Shown: in pieces, positions 1-13,815 of the stretch
Numbering within the stretch: position 1 is the first letter of the stretch
Layout: every line of letters begins with the position of its first letter
NCBI RefSeq assembly: GCF_035084215.1
Contig: NC_090352.1
Span: forward strand, 29,760,001 to 29,824,000
DNA from: Heptranchias perlo
Lineage: Eukaryota
Length of the DNA stretch: 64,000 bases
Direction: 5' to 3'
The notes under the pieces: generated by a model
Database searches by the model: none
Told to the model about the DNA's origin: nothing
What the model saw: only the letters and a program-made list of their open reading frames with translations
Program-made: the position numbers and the translations under genes

Positions 1-1407
1 CTTCAAATGGCTCCCTTCATAGCACCTCCAGTGTTGACCTGAGATTACCAGTACTGAACCCTAGTGTTATACAGCGCTGACTGCTTTCTCCAGTCACAGC
101 AGAATGTGGGTTGTGCTGCTCATTAAATGGAAGCCAGTAAATTTTACATTCTAACTGTCAATGTACTACATAAGCTTCGTGTCAAAGGACGTGATTAAGA
201 GGATACCTTCAAACATGACAAAGCTCAGGTTTATGCCTGATAATCTGCACCCAGTAGCTCTCAATGTCAACAACACGTTTATGGGGAAGGTGCTGAGTAG
301 AGACCACTCTCAGGAAGGGAACATAAGTAAATAAGATAATCAGGATCAGTAATCCTGACCTAGGTTCCTGGTGGCTGGATAGGTGGCGGTTTTGACCTCC
401 AGCCTTCCCTCTCCACGGGAAAGGTGTGTGGCATGAGGAGAGCATAGGATGTAAAAAAAAAAAGGGGAAAAAAATGTACACATACCAGCAAAAAAAGTCG
501 ATGAAAATTAAACACCCTCTCCAAAAAAATTGGACAATTCCAGCAATCATCAAACAAATACTAGAAACACGTGCAACAGATAGTTTGACCTGCATTGTAG
601 TGGTGTTTATCCCTCGGTTATGTACAGCATGCTGGGAGGTCAATGATGGTCAAATCATACAATTGTGATTTGTTTGCAGTCCAAATACAATCTTAAAATG
701 ATGTAAAAGGAAGATAAGTCGGAATGAACCAAAAAATCTTCTTTCTTTTCATTTCTCAGACATTTATATGATACCTAAAATAACATCACACCGACTGCAT
801 GGTAGAAATCTCAGTACTGATGTGCATTAAATTATTATTGGAGCAAATAATAAGAAGCCTTGAACCGTGGGCTGATCTGAAGGCCTCCCTCTGTGCAATT
901 AGCCAGCATGCCACCATCTGTTTATCAGAACTCTGGCTTAAAGTTACCACCTTCAGTAAAATCAAAAGTAGGGTAGGGGGTAAAGGAATAGGACAGGAGG
1001 TAAAAGAGAGGTTAGGGGGTAGAGGGGTAGCACAGGGGGAAAGAGAGGGAAGGGGTGGGCATTGGAATTGAAACTTCAGTACTGATGTTTGCTTTGCTAA
1101 TATTGAAAATTCTCTGAAATCCTTAAAAAAGTAGAAAAACAGTACATTCTCCCCAGTACATATCCTTCCTTACCTTCACGAGCACAAAACCAAACCAAAA
1201 ACTGTACAGGGTACTTTTCTGGTCGTGAAATCTAGTTTGAACATTTCTTGAAAAGGAGATTTGCATTTGTTTCTCAAAGAATCTTTTCAGAATTAAGTCA
1301 GTGAGATTAACAAAACTCGGACTGAACCATTATCGCTCCTGAGAATCCAAATTATAGAATAATGGCCCATTTTCTAAAAGTCCTCCACAAATCAATCCAA
1401 CTCTTCC

Positions 1408-1790
1408 AATGGCTCAGTTGGGAAATTTATTGTCCTGTGTAGAGCTGAGCCGCACAGAATGTGAAAAGCCTAGGTTTGAGCCCTGGTCTGTGCCTACTTA
1501 ACTGATCTGAGCTGGAGATGCACTAATAAGAGTATAATTGCCGTCATCACCCTCGACTGGAGAGGTGAGAAAAAAAATTCATGCAGAATTCCCGCTCCTG
1601 ACAGCCACTCAATGACGCTCCCTGTTGGAATGTGCTTGTGTCTGGCTGTGATACTGTCATGATCAAACAGGCAGCTGCCACTCAATTTATAGGTTCGCAT
1701 ATGAAGAATGGGAGTCACCTATGGAATGCATAAGGGCATGAGTCAGCATCTACAGGAAAGCAAAGGGGGAAGGGAGAAAATTGAGAGGCA
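1408..1790 (+). mobile_element. Old, diverged tRNA-head SINE of an unnamed family; related copies at about 7650-8540, 10650-11440, 19750-20280, 29170-29570, 30270-30660, 44620-45000, 46540-47440
   Basis: Head 'tggctcagttggg...ctgagcc...ggtttgagccctggtctgtg', body 'cccgctcctga' and purine-rich tail recur in many dispersed copies in both orientations. Confidence 0.55.
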
Positions 1791-2269
1791 GAAAAATAAA
1801 TAAATCTAAGTTTGGAGATCAGTCCTCAGTTGGCTGTAATTAGGTGAGACTGACATGCAGGAGTAATTAGAAAAAATATTTAAGATTTATTTTTTGCAAA
1901 AACCTTGATAAGTTTGCAAATTTACTGCACTAATGTTACATAAATATCAGATGCTATTCTCTGAAGAATAAGATGCCGTTTTTGCACCTGTAAGCTGAAT
2001 TAATCGTATAAGCCAGCAAGTATGGGACATGATAAACTACACAAGATCTGCCACCACACTGACTCAGTGAAATTTAAATAAGGCCTCCTGTCATGCTAGG
2101 TAATCTATGAGGACAGTGAGAATTAATACAGAGTAATTACCACAATAAATAAGGGTTATGATATTCCACCTAATGGTAACTAACTTTAGGCTGATATATC
2201 GCCTTACAGAAAGTAGTGGTTACTTGGGCAATGTTTACATCCATTCATAAAAACCAGTAGGAGCTATAC

Positions 2270-3606
2270 ATGGTAGTGTCGTCGACAGTGCTATCAAGCG
2301 GCACTTACTCACTGATAACCTGCTCACCGATGCTCAGTTTGGGTTCCGCCAGGACCACTCGGCTCCAGACCTCATTACAGCCTTGGTCCAAGCATGGACA
2401 AAAGAGCTGAATTCCAGAGGTGAGGTGAGAGTGACTGCCCTTGACATCAAGGCAGCATTTGACCGAGTGTGGCACCAAGGAGCCCTAGTAAAATTGAAGT
2501 CAATGGGAATCAGAGGGAAAACTCTCCAGTGGCTGGAGTCATACCTAGCACAAAGGATGATGGTAGTGGTTGCTGGAGGCCAATCATCTCAGCCCCAGGA
2601 CATTGCTGCAGGAGTTCCTCAGGGCAGTGTCCTAGGACCAACCATCTTCAGCTGCTTCATCAATGACCTTCCCTCCATCATAAGTTCAGAAATGGGGATG
2701 TTCACTGATGATTGCACAGTGTTCAGTTCCATTTGCAACCCCTCAAATAATGAAGCAGTCCGAGCCCGCATGCAGCAAGACCTGGACAACAGCCAGGCTT
2801 AGGGTGATAAGTGGCAAGTAACATTCGCGCCAGACAAGTGCCAGGCAATGACCATCTTCAACAACAGAGAGTCTAACCACCTCCCCTTGACATTCAACGG
2901 TATTACCATCGCCGAATCCCCCACCATCAACATCCTGGGGGGTTACCATTGACCAGAAACTTAACTGGACCAGCCACATAAATACTGTGGCTACAAGAGC
3001 AGGTCAGAAGCTGGGTATTCTGCGACAAGTGACTCACCTCCTGACTCCTCAAAGCCTTTCCACCATCTACAAGGCACAAGTCAAGAGTGTGATGGAATAC
3101 TCTCCACTTGCCTGGATGAGTGCAGCTCCAACAACACTCAAGAAGCTCGACACCATCCAGGACAAAGCAGCCCACTTGATTGGCACCCCATCCACCACCC
3201 TAAACATTCAATCCCTTCACCACTGGCGCACAGTGGCTGCAGTGCGTACCATCCATAGGATGCACTGCAGCAGCTCGCCAAGGCTTCTTCGACAGCATCT
3301 CCCAAACCCGCGACCTCTACCACCTAGAAAGACAAGAGCAGCAGGCACATGGGAACAACACCCACCTGCTTGTTCCCCTCCAAGTCACACACCATCCTGA
3401 CTTGGAAATATATCGCCATTCCTTCATCATTGCTGGGTCAAAATCCTGGAACTCCCTTCCTAACAGCACTGTGGGAGAACCTTCACCACACGGACTGCAG
3501 CGGTTCAAGAAGGTGGCTCACCACCACCTTCTCAAGGGCAATTAGGGATGGGCAATAAATGCTGGCCTCACCAGCGACGCCCACATCCCATGAACGAATA
3601 AAAAAA
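2270..3606 (+). mobile_element. 5'-truncated non-LTR retrotransposon (CR1/L2-group LINE): RT C-terminal half plus 3' tail, disrupted
   Basis: ORFs 2383-2802 (LDIKAAFDRVWH, GVPQGSVLGP, FTDD) and 2987-3400; 3' tail ggatgggcaataaatgctggcc...cccacatcccatgaacgaataaaaaaa. Confidence 0.92.
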
Positions 3607-4064
3607 GTAAATCTGAGGAGCTAAAAAATGCCAATAGAACCAATTATTCTGGGGTGGAGGCAATTAGTCATATAGCCAATTCCATAAAGTTATATCACTA
3701 TGCTCTATTGGAGTTATAACTCAAGTGGACCAGGATGGAATTCACACATGGTCTTTAAGGCTGATAGAGGAAAAATTAGTACAAAACTATCAGCCCAGAA
3801 GTGTGTATATTGTTCAGATGGATATGAGGGCATCATGTACTTTTCCTGTTAGATTTTCCCCCAAATGGGTGCATGCATTTGCAATGAACCATCTATGTTT
3901 TGGATTCTTATGTTAGTGCAGTTATGAACATACACTCATTCTGAATGGGTGCATAGACAGGGGAAAATAAGCCTTCAGTTGGAACCAAGGAGCCAAAGCA
4001 TGCATGGCATGAATGTTAATCTTAACAGGACAAACAAGGAGGATTCCTGCAAAATACAGTAGGG

Positions 4065-4358
4065 CTGCCCACTGGCTGTGGTACTGGACCAGCAGCCCCG
4101 AAGACATGAGTTCAAATCCTACTGTGGCAAGTTGTGAAATTGAATTCAATAAATTTGGAAAGTTGTGGGCTTGCCCCACAACAAAAATGACCATGAAAGT
4201 TGCTTGTAAAAGTTCAACTGGTTCACTAATGTCCTTCATGGAAAGAACCTGCCACCCCTACACTTGACTCCAGTCCCACAATACATGGTTGACTCTGAAT
4301 GCTCTGGGGCCAACTAGGAATGGGCAAGTGTCACCCACATGCCAAGCACAAAAAAAAA
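4065..4358 (+). mobile_element. tRNA-derived SINE, same family as 5806-6210, degraded
   Basis: 'gtactggacc...gagttcaaatcc' B-box-like head, 'tgaccatgaa', 'tgactccagtcccaca', A tail. Confidence 0.7.
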
Positions 4359-5805
4359 TCAAGAGGTTTTTACAACATAAACTTGGCTTCACTTAAACAC
4401 TAGTTCAAAACCCAAACTTTGAAAATGTACTTTATTCTATCTCCCAATCTCTTCCTAATATCCATCCGGTTCTGTCTTGCAAGAATCCATTTTCACTCCC
4501 GCCCCAGACTGTAAATTCACCACTCAGTGTGAAATAGTTCATCATCCCTCTTTTGAGCTTGAATACATGGCCCTCATAATTCCCTCCCAATCTTTCCAAT
4601 CTGCAGTATGGACCATGGCCGTTCAGTTAGATTTCTCTTTCCACTTACACCCAGGAGGGTGAACAGTCACCTTTCTATCCACTCTACAGATGAAGTGAAA
4701 GTCATGCTATTGGGGAAGTAATAGACAACACCAGAGACATCAGGCTTTTACTTCAAAAAAATAGGGAAGTATACATGCAAGTTCAAATTAAAACAAATAT
4801 ATAAATAGCTGTAGAAATTGTCACTACAATGAGGGAGAACCTGAAATGACTCAATGATAAATACAATAAATTAAAATTTCTCCACACAATGTAATAATTC
4901 TGTACAATACTACACCAATCTACACAAAAAAAAACTATGATGAAAGTTCAGAGTGGTGATATCATCCAGTATTTAGAATAGGTTTGCATTGGTTACACAT
5001 TTCTATTTACAGGTTTAACAACTGGCTGCCAAGCTCTGGTAGAATCTGTCTATTTAAGGGACGTTTGACTGGGTGATATTCTGGGCCGGAGCCACCTCAA
5101 TCACAAGAAGAAAAGGGTGATCATCCCATGAATGGGCTGGAGGAAGATCTGAGAAGGATATCATGGAGAAGGGTTGTTGGTTTATCACCAGTGTGCTGCG
5201 CAAATTGACTGGAACGCCAACGGGCTCTGCTAATTGTGCCCATTCCAATATTATGCAATCTGACCATGTCGGTGTGTCTCGGTGTTCCTGCATTGCATAC
5301 TGCACTGCCAATGGCCAGATTAAGTGAATAAATACACTCCTCTGCAAGACCCTAGGTGGTGGTGAGTGGGGGAGACGGTGGGGGGGGGGGGGGGGGGGGG
5401 GGGGAAGAGCAGGATCAATGGGCCAACATCTGCAAGTAGCTGATTGCTGCAGGCCTTCATGCATATTCAGAAGGGCCTGTGTAAGACCTAGTGACAGGCA
5501 GGGAATCTTCCTGTTGCTCAGCAGTACGCTATAGATAACCCTTCCCAATGATAAGTGAGAGTCCTTTTTGCTGGCCAGTGTCCTGTCACTTTCCTTCGAG
5601 ATGATTGTGGGCTCTGAAATGCAGCACAGCTGGATGAAGACAAGTCATCTGCAAGGAGAAGAAAAACATACAATTTATATCTTGTGATGGCACATGGAGG
5701 AAAACTGCTGCTGATGTCAATCAGAGAAAAATATATACAGATCAAATGAAGTTGTGGGATATTCACAAAGGCCTCCCTGCATCTGCATTAGGTCTTGCAG
5801 TATTT

Positions 5806-6210
5806 GGGGATGTTAGCGTAGTGGTTATGTTACTGGACTACTAATCCAGAAGCCCGGACTAATATTCCAGAGAACGTGCGTTCAAATGCCACCACAGCAG
5901 CTTGAGACTTTGGATTCATTTTTAAAATCTCAAAGAAAGTCTGGTATCAGTAAAAGTGACCATGAAGCTGTCGGATTGTCATAAAAAGCCAACGGATTCA
6001 CAAATGCCCTTTAGGGAAGGAAACCTGCCGTCCTTCCCCGTTCTAGCCTATATGTGACTCCAGTCCCACACCAACGTGGTTGACTCATAACTGCCCTCGG
6101 AAGTGAGGTGGAAAGCCATTCAGCTGTCTCAAACTTTCTCAGAGCAACCAGGGATGGGCAATAAGTGCCGGCCTTGCCAGCGAAGCCCACATCCCAAAAT
6201 AAAAATTAAA
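5806..6210 (+). mobile_element. tRNA-derived SINE sharing its 3' tail with the LINE at 2270-3606 (another copy at about 41260-41530, minus)
   Basis: A-box-like 'tagcgtagtgg', B-box-like 'gttcaaatgcc'; tail 'gggatgggcaataagtgccggccttgccagcgaagcccacatccc' nearly identical to the LINE tail. Confidence 0.8.
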
Positions 6211-7763
6211 AACAGAACGGTATTAGAATGATTTGGCTAGACATGCACGGTGTTTTCCAATTACTGCTATTGCACAGGGAAATTCTTCGGAAAACAAACT
6301 ACATTTTACACTTACCAAACAGCAGGGACTCCAATGATGAACTCCCTCTCTCCCTCGTGGAGTATTTTGAGCAGCTCAGCCATCATCTCCTCGGGCCACA
6401 TTAATTTTTTTTTAAAAAGATGTATCACAGACTCTTCGGTTTGCTTTGGACCTTTAAGAATTGAATTCAATTTTCTTCCTTGCCACCATTTTGAGATTCC
6501 TCGTGCATTTTCTGCAAGCCTGTGGCATTCAATGAATTTTAGATTTTTTTTTTTAAAAAGAGATGGTGATTGGAGCTTCTGGTTTTTTTCTTTGTTGATG
6601 ATGATTTTCAATGCTTATCTTGGTCACTTTTTGATTGCAGGGTGGAGGAGGGCAGTCACTTAAAAAAACGTGCAATTATCCAGCAAACTCAGGTGAAATC
6701 CACGAGCCCTCAGTATCAATATCACACTCCCAAGAGGTTGGAGGGGTGAACATTAATACAAAGAACCTAGGCTGCAACAGAGCTGGAGAGCAGATAGTCA
6801 TGGAGGACTGCGTGGAAAAATCATCAAAATAACACACTGGAACTCAGGAGTACAGTGATTAAACACAAATAAAAATTTCAGGAAGCCTAAAGCATTAATT
6901 TGCTCCAGATAATATCACTGTCCTAAAGTACATGCCTCTTAGTGCTCCATAAATTATTCACTCATCTATATTCCGATAACTTTCAATCCCATTTCTATCC
7001 AAATAATTATACAACCCCTTTTTAAAAGACTTCATTAGTTCTAGCGCTAATTTTGAAGGAAGTCAACAAGGGAGGAAAATAAGGCAGCTGCACATCATGT
7101 GCGTCACACTGATTCTCCCCCCACCCCCTCCATTTTCTCCCCTCCTGAAGCAAGGTAGAAAGAACAAACAAACATGCATTTACATAGTGCCTTTCATGTT
7201 CTCCAGATGTCCCAAAGCACTTCACAGCCAACAAATCACAGCACCTTGGGATGTTTTACTACGTTAAAGCCGCTATGTAAATGCTAGTTGTTGTTGTTGA
7301 ATTGGTGCGTCATCACTGTTGTTATGTAGACAAATGCAGCAGCCTATATGCATGCAGGACTAGAAAAGATTATTTTGGGCCATCTGACCACCTCCAGAGT
7401 TCAAAAGGAGAATACACAATTCACTACCTATAATCCTTTAAGATGCTAACTATTGCTGGGATACAATTCCCAGGATGTTGGCTATCCTACAATACGTTGC
7501 CGAAGTTATCATTCTTCAGTCCAGTTTCCCACTGAGCCATCAGTTCACATTTTTGACACACCCACAGAAGCTTCAGTGTTGCATTATGTGTTTTCCAAAT
7601 GAACAAAATAAAATTGACAATAAATTAGTCAATCGGCAAATACACTGTATAATGTGGTACTGAGCCACATAACCCAGGAAATCCAAGATTCAATCTCCAC
7701 TTTGTACTGAGTTCAGGGTGATAGTACAGACACTATACCTGGTCTAGGGAGGAGGGGTAGAAA

Positions 7764-8247
7764 ATATTAACCAGGGATCCCACTCATATTAACCAGGGAT
7801 CCCACTCATATTAACCAGGGATCCCACTCATATTAACCAGGGATCCCACTCATATTAACCAGGGATCCCACTCATATTAACCAGGGATCCCACTCATATT
7901 AACCAGGGATCCCACTCATATTAACCAGGGATCCCACTCATATTAACCAGGGATCCCACTCATATTAACCAGGGATCCCACTCATATTAACCAGGGATCC
8001 CACTCATATTAACCAGGGATCCCACTCATATTAACCAGGGATCCCACTCATATTAACCAGGGATCCCACTCATATTAACCAGGGATCCCACTCATATTAA
8101 CCAGGGATCCCACTCATATTAACCAGGGATCCCACTCATATTAACCAGGGATCCCACTCATATTAACCAGGGATCCCACTCATATTAACCAGGGATCCCA
8201 CTCATATTAACCAGGGATCCCACTCATATTAACCAGGGATCCCACTC
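7764..8247. repeat. Perfect minisatellite, 22 copies of ATATTAACCAGGGATCCCACTC (22 bp)
   Basis: 484 bp = 22 x 22 identical units, no spacers; lies inside a SINE in HEATR6 intron 1. Confidence 0.97.
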
Positions 8248-8796
8248 AATCACCATATAGCAGTCCTTGTTCAGCCTCTGAGGATAGGATCAGGCTTACT
8301 GTTGATGCTCTCAACATTCCAATATCCTGGCAACACTCACTGTCAAAAAAAAAGATTTGCATTTATATAGCACCTTTCACAACCTTAGGATGTCCCAAAG
8401 CACTTTACTGCCAATTAAGTAAGTACTTTGAAATGGAGCCACTGCTGACTCACATGTCCACTTCAACCAGGTATTGGAGGGTGGTCAGCACCCGTGAAAC
8501 ATAATCTCAGCAAGAATCACCCCCTTCAGGAGAGGACGAGAAACTTTGGGGGGAGGGGGGGGGGCAATTACATGACTGTGCCCCTTTAAATATACCAGCC
8601 AACAGAGAGATGTCTTTTGCTTAGGCAATGATTGTTACCCATCCACAACACAATTAAATTTAACAATCGCTTCTCCGACTGTACGAGTTGCAGCAGGGAA
8701 ACGAACGACAGTAATTGAATATATTTAGTAACTGTTACAAGTGCCAGCCACTTATTATAGACTGAGGGAGAACTTTGCCCAACACCTTCTCCCTAC

Positions 8797-8976
8797 CTCG
8801 CGGTTTATGCTGGAATCGTTGAGGTAATTCTCAGAGATGAGCTGGTCGAACACCAGGTTGATCTCGGTTTTGAAGTTCTCGCTGTCTGAGGCCCTGATGT
8901 TGAAGAGCTTGGTGTAGAAGCGGTTGAAGTCGCAGTTTGAATGAGGAGAAGCTGCCGTCCCCTCCTCGGCGGCCAT
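8797..8976 (-). CDS. HEATR6: HEAT repeat-containing protein 6, first coding exon (60 codons); later exons not identified in the window
   Basis: MAAEEG...KTEINLVFDQLISENYLND matches recalled human RTEIHLLFDQLISENY; Kozak GCCATGG; phase-0 donor GAG|GTAGGG at 8797/8796. Confidence 0.88.
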
Positions 8977-9090
8977 GGCTCTTCCACTGACTTCACTTCC
9001 TTCAACCTGGCCTGCTCTCTATGGTAACACTCACACAGCCAGCAACTTCTTCCGGGTTAAAGGGCAGGCCGACAGCAACAATTGGTTGGT
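8977..9090 (-). promoter_or_regulatory. HEATR6 5'UTR and proximal promoter
   Basis: ETS-like CCGGAAG (plus cttccgg, ~9048-9055), GGAAGTGA near 8993-9000 and CCAAT (plus attgg, ~9081) just upstream of the ATG. Confidence 0.5.
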
Positions 9091-9505
9091 AAAAGTTTCA
9101 TTCCCAACTTTCTGGATCAAAAGGGTTTGAATTTATTTGTCCTTTGCACTAAATTGATTCTTTGAAAAACAACTCTCCATGAATAGTAGGTTGCGAATTG
9201 AGATATTTATGGGGAAGGATAAAAAGGAAAGGCTGCATAGTTATGAGCAGAGATTTCAACTACTGCAGGATCACCCATATCCTAAGGACAGTTTATTTTT
9301 AATCAAACACCTATGTATTTACCAACTTCCTTAGCACAGCTTGCATTCAGGCATTGAAATAATTTCCCTCAGCTGGGACATCAGTGTCTCCCCCGCTGTA
9401 AGGAGAGGGAAAATGTCCACTCCTGAATGGCAACCAGTACCCCTTGTATATATGGGCAATGGCTGAGGACAGGATTGGGTTTCGCTGTGATATCCCCCAT
9501 AGTTA

Positions 9506-9932
9506 AGAACATAAAAACATAAGAAATCGGAGCAGGAGTAGGCCATACGGCCCCTCGAGCCTGCTCCGCCATTCAATAAGATCATAACTGATCTTTGACC
9601 TCAACTCCACTTTCCTGCCCGATCCCCATATCCCTTGATTCCCCTAAAGTCCAAAAATCTATATCTCAGCCTATATGATTTAACATCCACAGCCCTATGG
9701 GGTAGAGAATTCCAAAGATTCACAACCCTGTGAGTGAAGAAATTCCTCCTCATCTCAGTTTTAAATGGCCAACCCCTTATCCTGAGACTATGCCCCTGGT
9801 TCTAGACTCTCCAACCAGGGGAAACAACTTCTCAGCATCTACCCCGTCAAGCCCCCTCAGAATCTTGTATGTTTCAATGAAATCGCCTTTCATTCTTCTA
9901 AACTCCAGAGAGTATAGGCCCATTCTACTCAA
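9506..9932 (-). mobile_element. CR1 LINE 3' fragment
   Basis: Reverse complement of the CR1 3' end (ggggccgtatggcctactcctgctcc...ttatgttctta) and late ORF2 sequence. Confidence 0.85.
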
Positions 9933-11461
9933 TGACGTTCACTGTGTAGGTTCATACGCAGAAGACCATTTTGGGTTAAGTACTGGAGTGCTGCTGACAG
10001 CTATGGCACTGTACCCCAAATTGTGTCACCTCCTTCAGAGAGGAGCACCAAGAGGCAAAAATTATGGGAGCAAATAATTTTTATCAGCACCTGAGTAAAG
10101 TTATTGTTTTACCCCAAAACATCAGTAAATGTTTTACTATGTAGACATGGATTTATAATCAAGACCATCGATTTATGGCAATTAAATTAGTCAAATTCTA
10201 TTTTTATTGCATGGGATTGCAGGATTTTTACCAGTGTTTTAGGGATCTCATCCCACAATTCCATCCATTTTTCTGTGAAAACTGAAAATCAGTAGCCTAC
10301 ACTTCATTTACACTCGTATTGACTCCAGGTGTAGTTTTGATTCCTGTAGCTTTGAGTTATGGAATATGGAAACAAATACAGAGATTTCACATCACCATAC
10401 TGACACTCTCTGTTGCTGGAAACATAGAAGAATCATAGAATCATAGAAAGGTTATGGCACGGAAGGAGACCATTCGGTCCATCAAGTCCGCGCCGGCTCA
10501 AAGCAAGAACAATCCAGCTAGTCCCACTCCCCTAATATAAAGGTTGTTGAGTTCAAATAGGCTAATCGGAGACATTGGTGACTAGAAGTGGCTGTATAAT
10601 CATATAAATTTTGCAGTGTCGTTTTGTGTAAAATAGTATCCAAACAGGCTCGCCGAAGGCTCAGCAAGTTTATCCATTGAATAGTTGACTCATACAGACC
10701 AGGAACGGCCCAAGCTTGATCACTGATCTCTGCTGCATTAGCTGATCGCACCTCAGAAGGAAAAAGTGGCTAAGATTTTCACTCCTTATTGCTGTCCAAG
10801 AATCCATTGCTGGAAATACACAGTTGTGGACATTGAATTAAAACAGAATCTGGTTTGGCTATGATGCCTTCACTATTGAATATCCTGCCGATAGTCACTG
10901 ACACTCACTATTAATGCTCATGTTTTGAAGAACAGCCTTTTAGATGAGGTACTAGAGGGCGATCTGCACCCACTGCATTGTAGCCCAGCAGTGAGTTAAT
11001 ACCCGCAGAAGAGTAGGGGAGAAACATTAATGGAGAAAATTGGCAAGAAAAACACAATCTTCTTCCCATTTCTGCTCTCCTGTCCTGAATGCCTTGAATC
11101 ATGCTGGGGCATGGTTCTATTGACATCAGTCATCCTCTGGTACATTGCACAAGTTCAAATGTGAGCTCAATCTTGTCCTCATTTATTGTCCATGTTTTCC
11201 AACAGGGATCATTGGACAGGGATGAGAAAGCCTGACAGATTTTTTTCTCTCCACTCCATAGCTCAGGAATGCCGAAGCCAATTATAGCACTCCTGCTCCC
11301 TCTCCCCACCCCCCCACCCCCCTCAAACTGAGAACAGCTAACTCAGTGGAGAATGGTGATTGAATCTAGAACTTACCTGGTCTGTATAGCTCATTACCTC
11401 ACCAGGTGGTGTAGTTGTGCACTGAAGCATCAGGGAGTTCTTGAATAACTTTAACATCCTA

Positions 11462-13815
11462 TTTTGTTTTTTTAAGTTCTTGGCATGTGTATGACACTGG
11501 CAAAGCCGCATTTATTGCCCATCCCTAGTTGCCCTGAGAAGCTGGTGATGGGCCTCCTTCTCAATCTGCGGCAGTCCTTGTGGTGATGATGCTCCCGCAA
11601 TGGTGTTAGGTAGGAAATTCCAGGCTATTGACCCAGTGACAATGAAGGGATGGTGATATATGTCTATTTCTCGATGTGACTTGGAGGTGATGGTGTTCCC
11701 AGGACATTGCTGCTCTTCTCCTCCTCGGTGGTAGAGGTCGCAGAGGAGGGAGGTACTGTCAAAGTAACCTTAATGAGCTGCTGCAGTGCATCTTGTAGAT
11801 TGTATAAACTACAGCCACAGTATACCGGTGATGAAGGGGATGGATATTGATCCAGGTGACGGGTGCAATCATGTGAACTGGATGCTGTCAAGCAGCTTCA
11901 ATTTTGTTGCAGCTGCACTCATCCAGGTGGGTGGTGAGTACTCCAACATGCATCTGAGATGAGCCTTGTAGATGATCGCTAGGCTTTCAGTGGTCAGGAG
12001 GTGAATAACTTATTGCAGAGTACCCAGCCTGTGCTGATCCCTGAGATGTTGATAGTGGAGGACTCAGCGATGGTGGTGCCACTGAAGTTCAAGGGGAGAT
12101 AGTTAGGCTTTCCCTTGTTTGAGATGTTATCCAGGTCCTGCTGTGGTCTGGCATGGACTGCTTCATTATCAGAGGAGTTGTGAATGCAGCTGAACACTGT
12201 GGAATTGTCAGCAAGCAGCCCCTCTCCTGACCTTATAACTGAGGGAAGGTCATTGATGAAGCAGCTCAAGATGATTGGGTAGAGGACGCTCCCCCGAGGG
12301 TCTCCTGCAATGATGCCCTGGGGCTGTAATAACTGGCATTCGACAACTATGACCATCTTCCTTTTTGTCAAATACAATTCCAGCCATTGGAGGGTATGAC
12401 CCCCATTTTTGCCTCTGTTTTGCTAGGGCTCCTTGGTGCTGTACTTGGGTCGAATGCTGCCTTGATGTTGACAGCAGGTACTCTCACCACTCCTGGCATT
12501 CAGCTCTTGTGTCCATGTCAGGATCAAGGCTATGAAGAGGTCTGGAGCCGAGTGCTTCTGCCAGAACGTGAACTCAGCATCGGTGAACAGGTTATTGATG
12601 ACTCCTTTCCTTATTTTACTGATTGGGAGGAGGCTGATAAGGCAGTAATTGGCTGAGTTAGATATATCCTGTTTTTTGTGAATAGGGCATACCTGGGCAA
12701 TCTTCCACATTGTCACGTAAATGCCAGTGTTGTCACTATACTGGAACAGCTTAGCTAGGAGAGTGGCTAGTTCTGGAACACAGGTTTTCAGCATTAGAAC
12801 CAGGATGTTGTGAGGGCCTATTGTCTTTGCTGTGTCTAGTGCACTCAACTGCTTCTTAATGTCACATGGAGTGAACTGAATTGGCTGGACGTCGCTATTT
12901 ATGATGGGAGGGGTCCTCAGGAGGAGGCTGAATGTAATTATACACTCAGTCCTTTGAAAACATTTTCAAACATTTCAGCCTTGTCTTTTGCACTCACGTT
13001 CCAGGTTCCACCTTGGTTGAGGATTTGAATATTCATAGAGCATCCAGCTCCTGTTTGTTGCCTAATTGCCCACTGCTGTTCTCAACTAGATGTGTTTCGA
13101 CCAAAGAGCTTTACTCTGATCTATTTGTTGTGGGACCATTTAGTTCTATTTATAGCATGCTGCTTTTGGTGTTTAGCGGGCAAGTGGCCCTGTACAAAAG
13201 CTTCACTAGGTTGATAGCTCATTCTAAGTATAGCTGGTGCTAGTCCTGGTATGCCCTTCCACATTAAACTAGAGTTGGTCTCCTGACAACAATAAGCAAG
13301 GAGGTAGGGATATGCTGGGCTATTTAGTTACAGAGTATGGTGGTTTACAGTTCTGCAACTGATGGTCCATAAGCACCTGGATGGCCAGTTTTGGGTTTCT
13401 AGTTCTGTCCCACGTAGTACAATGATAGTGCTACACCCAACAATGGAGGATGTCTTCACAAGGCCTAAGCAGTAGTCACTTCTACCAATGCTAGTGTGAA
13501 CAGAGATATGTGTGACAGGAAGGTTGGTGAAGAAATCAAGTGGATTACTTTATGTTGGTTTCTTCAGCACACCTAGTCTGGCAGTCATGTGTCATGTCTT
13601 CAAGAGTTGGCCAGCAATTGTACTACTGAGCCACTCTTAGTGGTGGATATTGAAGTCCCTCACCTAGTGTACATGCTGTGTCCTTGCTTCCCTCTATGTG
13701 CTGTTCAATATGGAAGAATACTGATTTAGCATTTTGGGTGGTTGGGATGGGAGAAAGAGAGGTGTTCAATTGTTTTTCTTGACCTTGTTTGACCTGAAGG
13801 CATGAGACTTCATGT
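11462..13815 (-). mobile_element. Older, longer degraded copy of the LINE family at 2270-3606
   Basis: Minus-strand ORFs 12423-12848 (LAKLFQYS...WKIAQVCPIHKK), 11994-12377 (GDPRGSVLYP, LADN) and the same 3' tail at ~11480-11530. Confidence 0.85.

Noticed and set aside
5378-5404. Long poly-G run as a G-quadruplex element
   Set aside because: Simple homopolymer of uncertain length with no further support.
209-7663. HEATR6 exon 2 among the short ORFs in intron 1
   Set aside because: None resembles the expected DVSALLVQACRLVP-like sequence; exon 2 is probably left of the window.
7764-8247. CRISPR-like array
   Set aside because: Units are directly adjacent with no spacers, there are no cas genes, and the context is vertebrate; it is a minisatellite.
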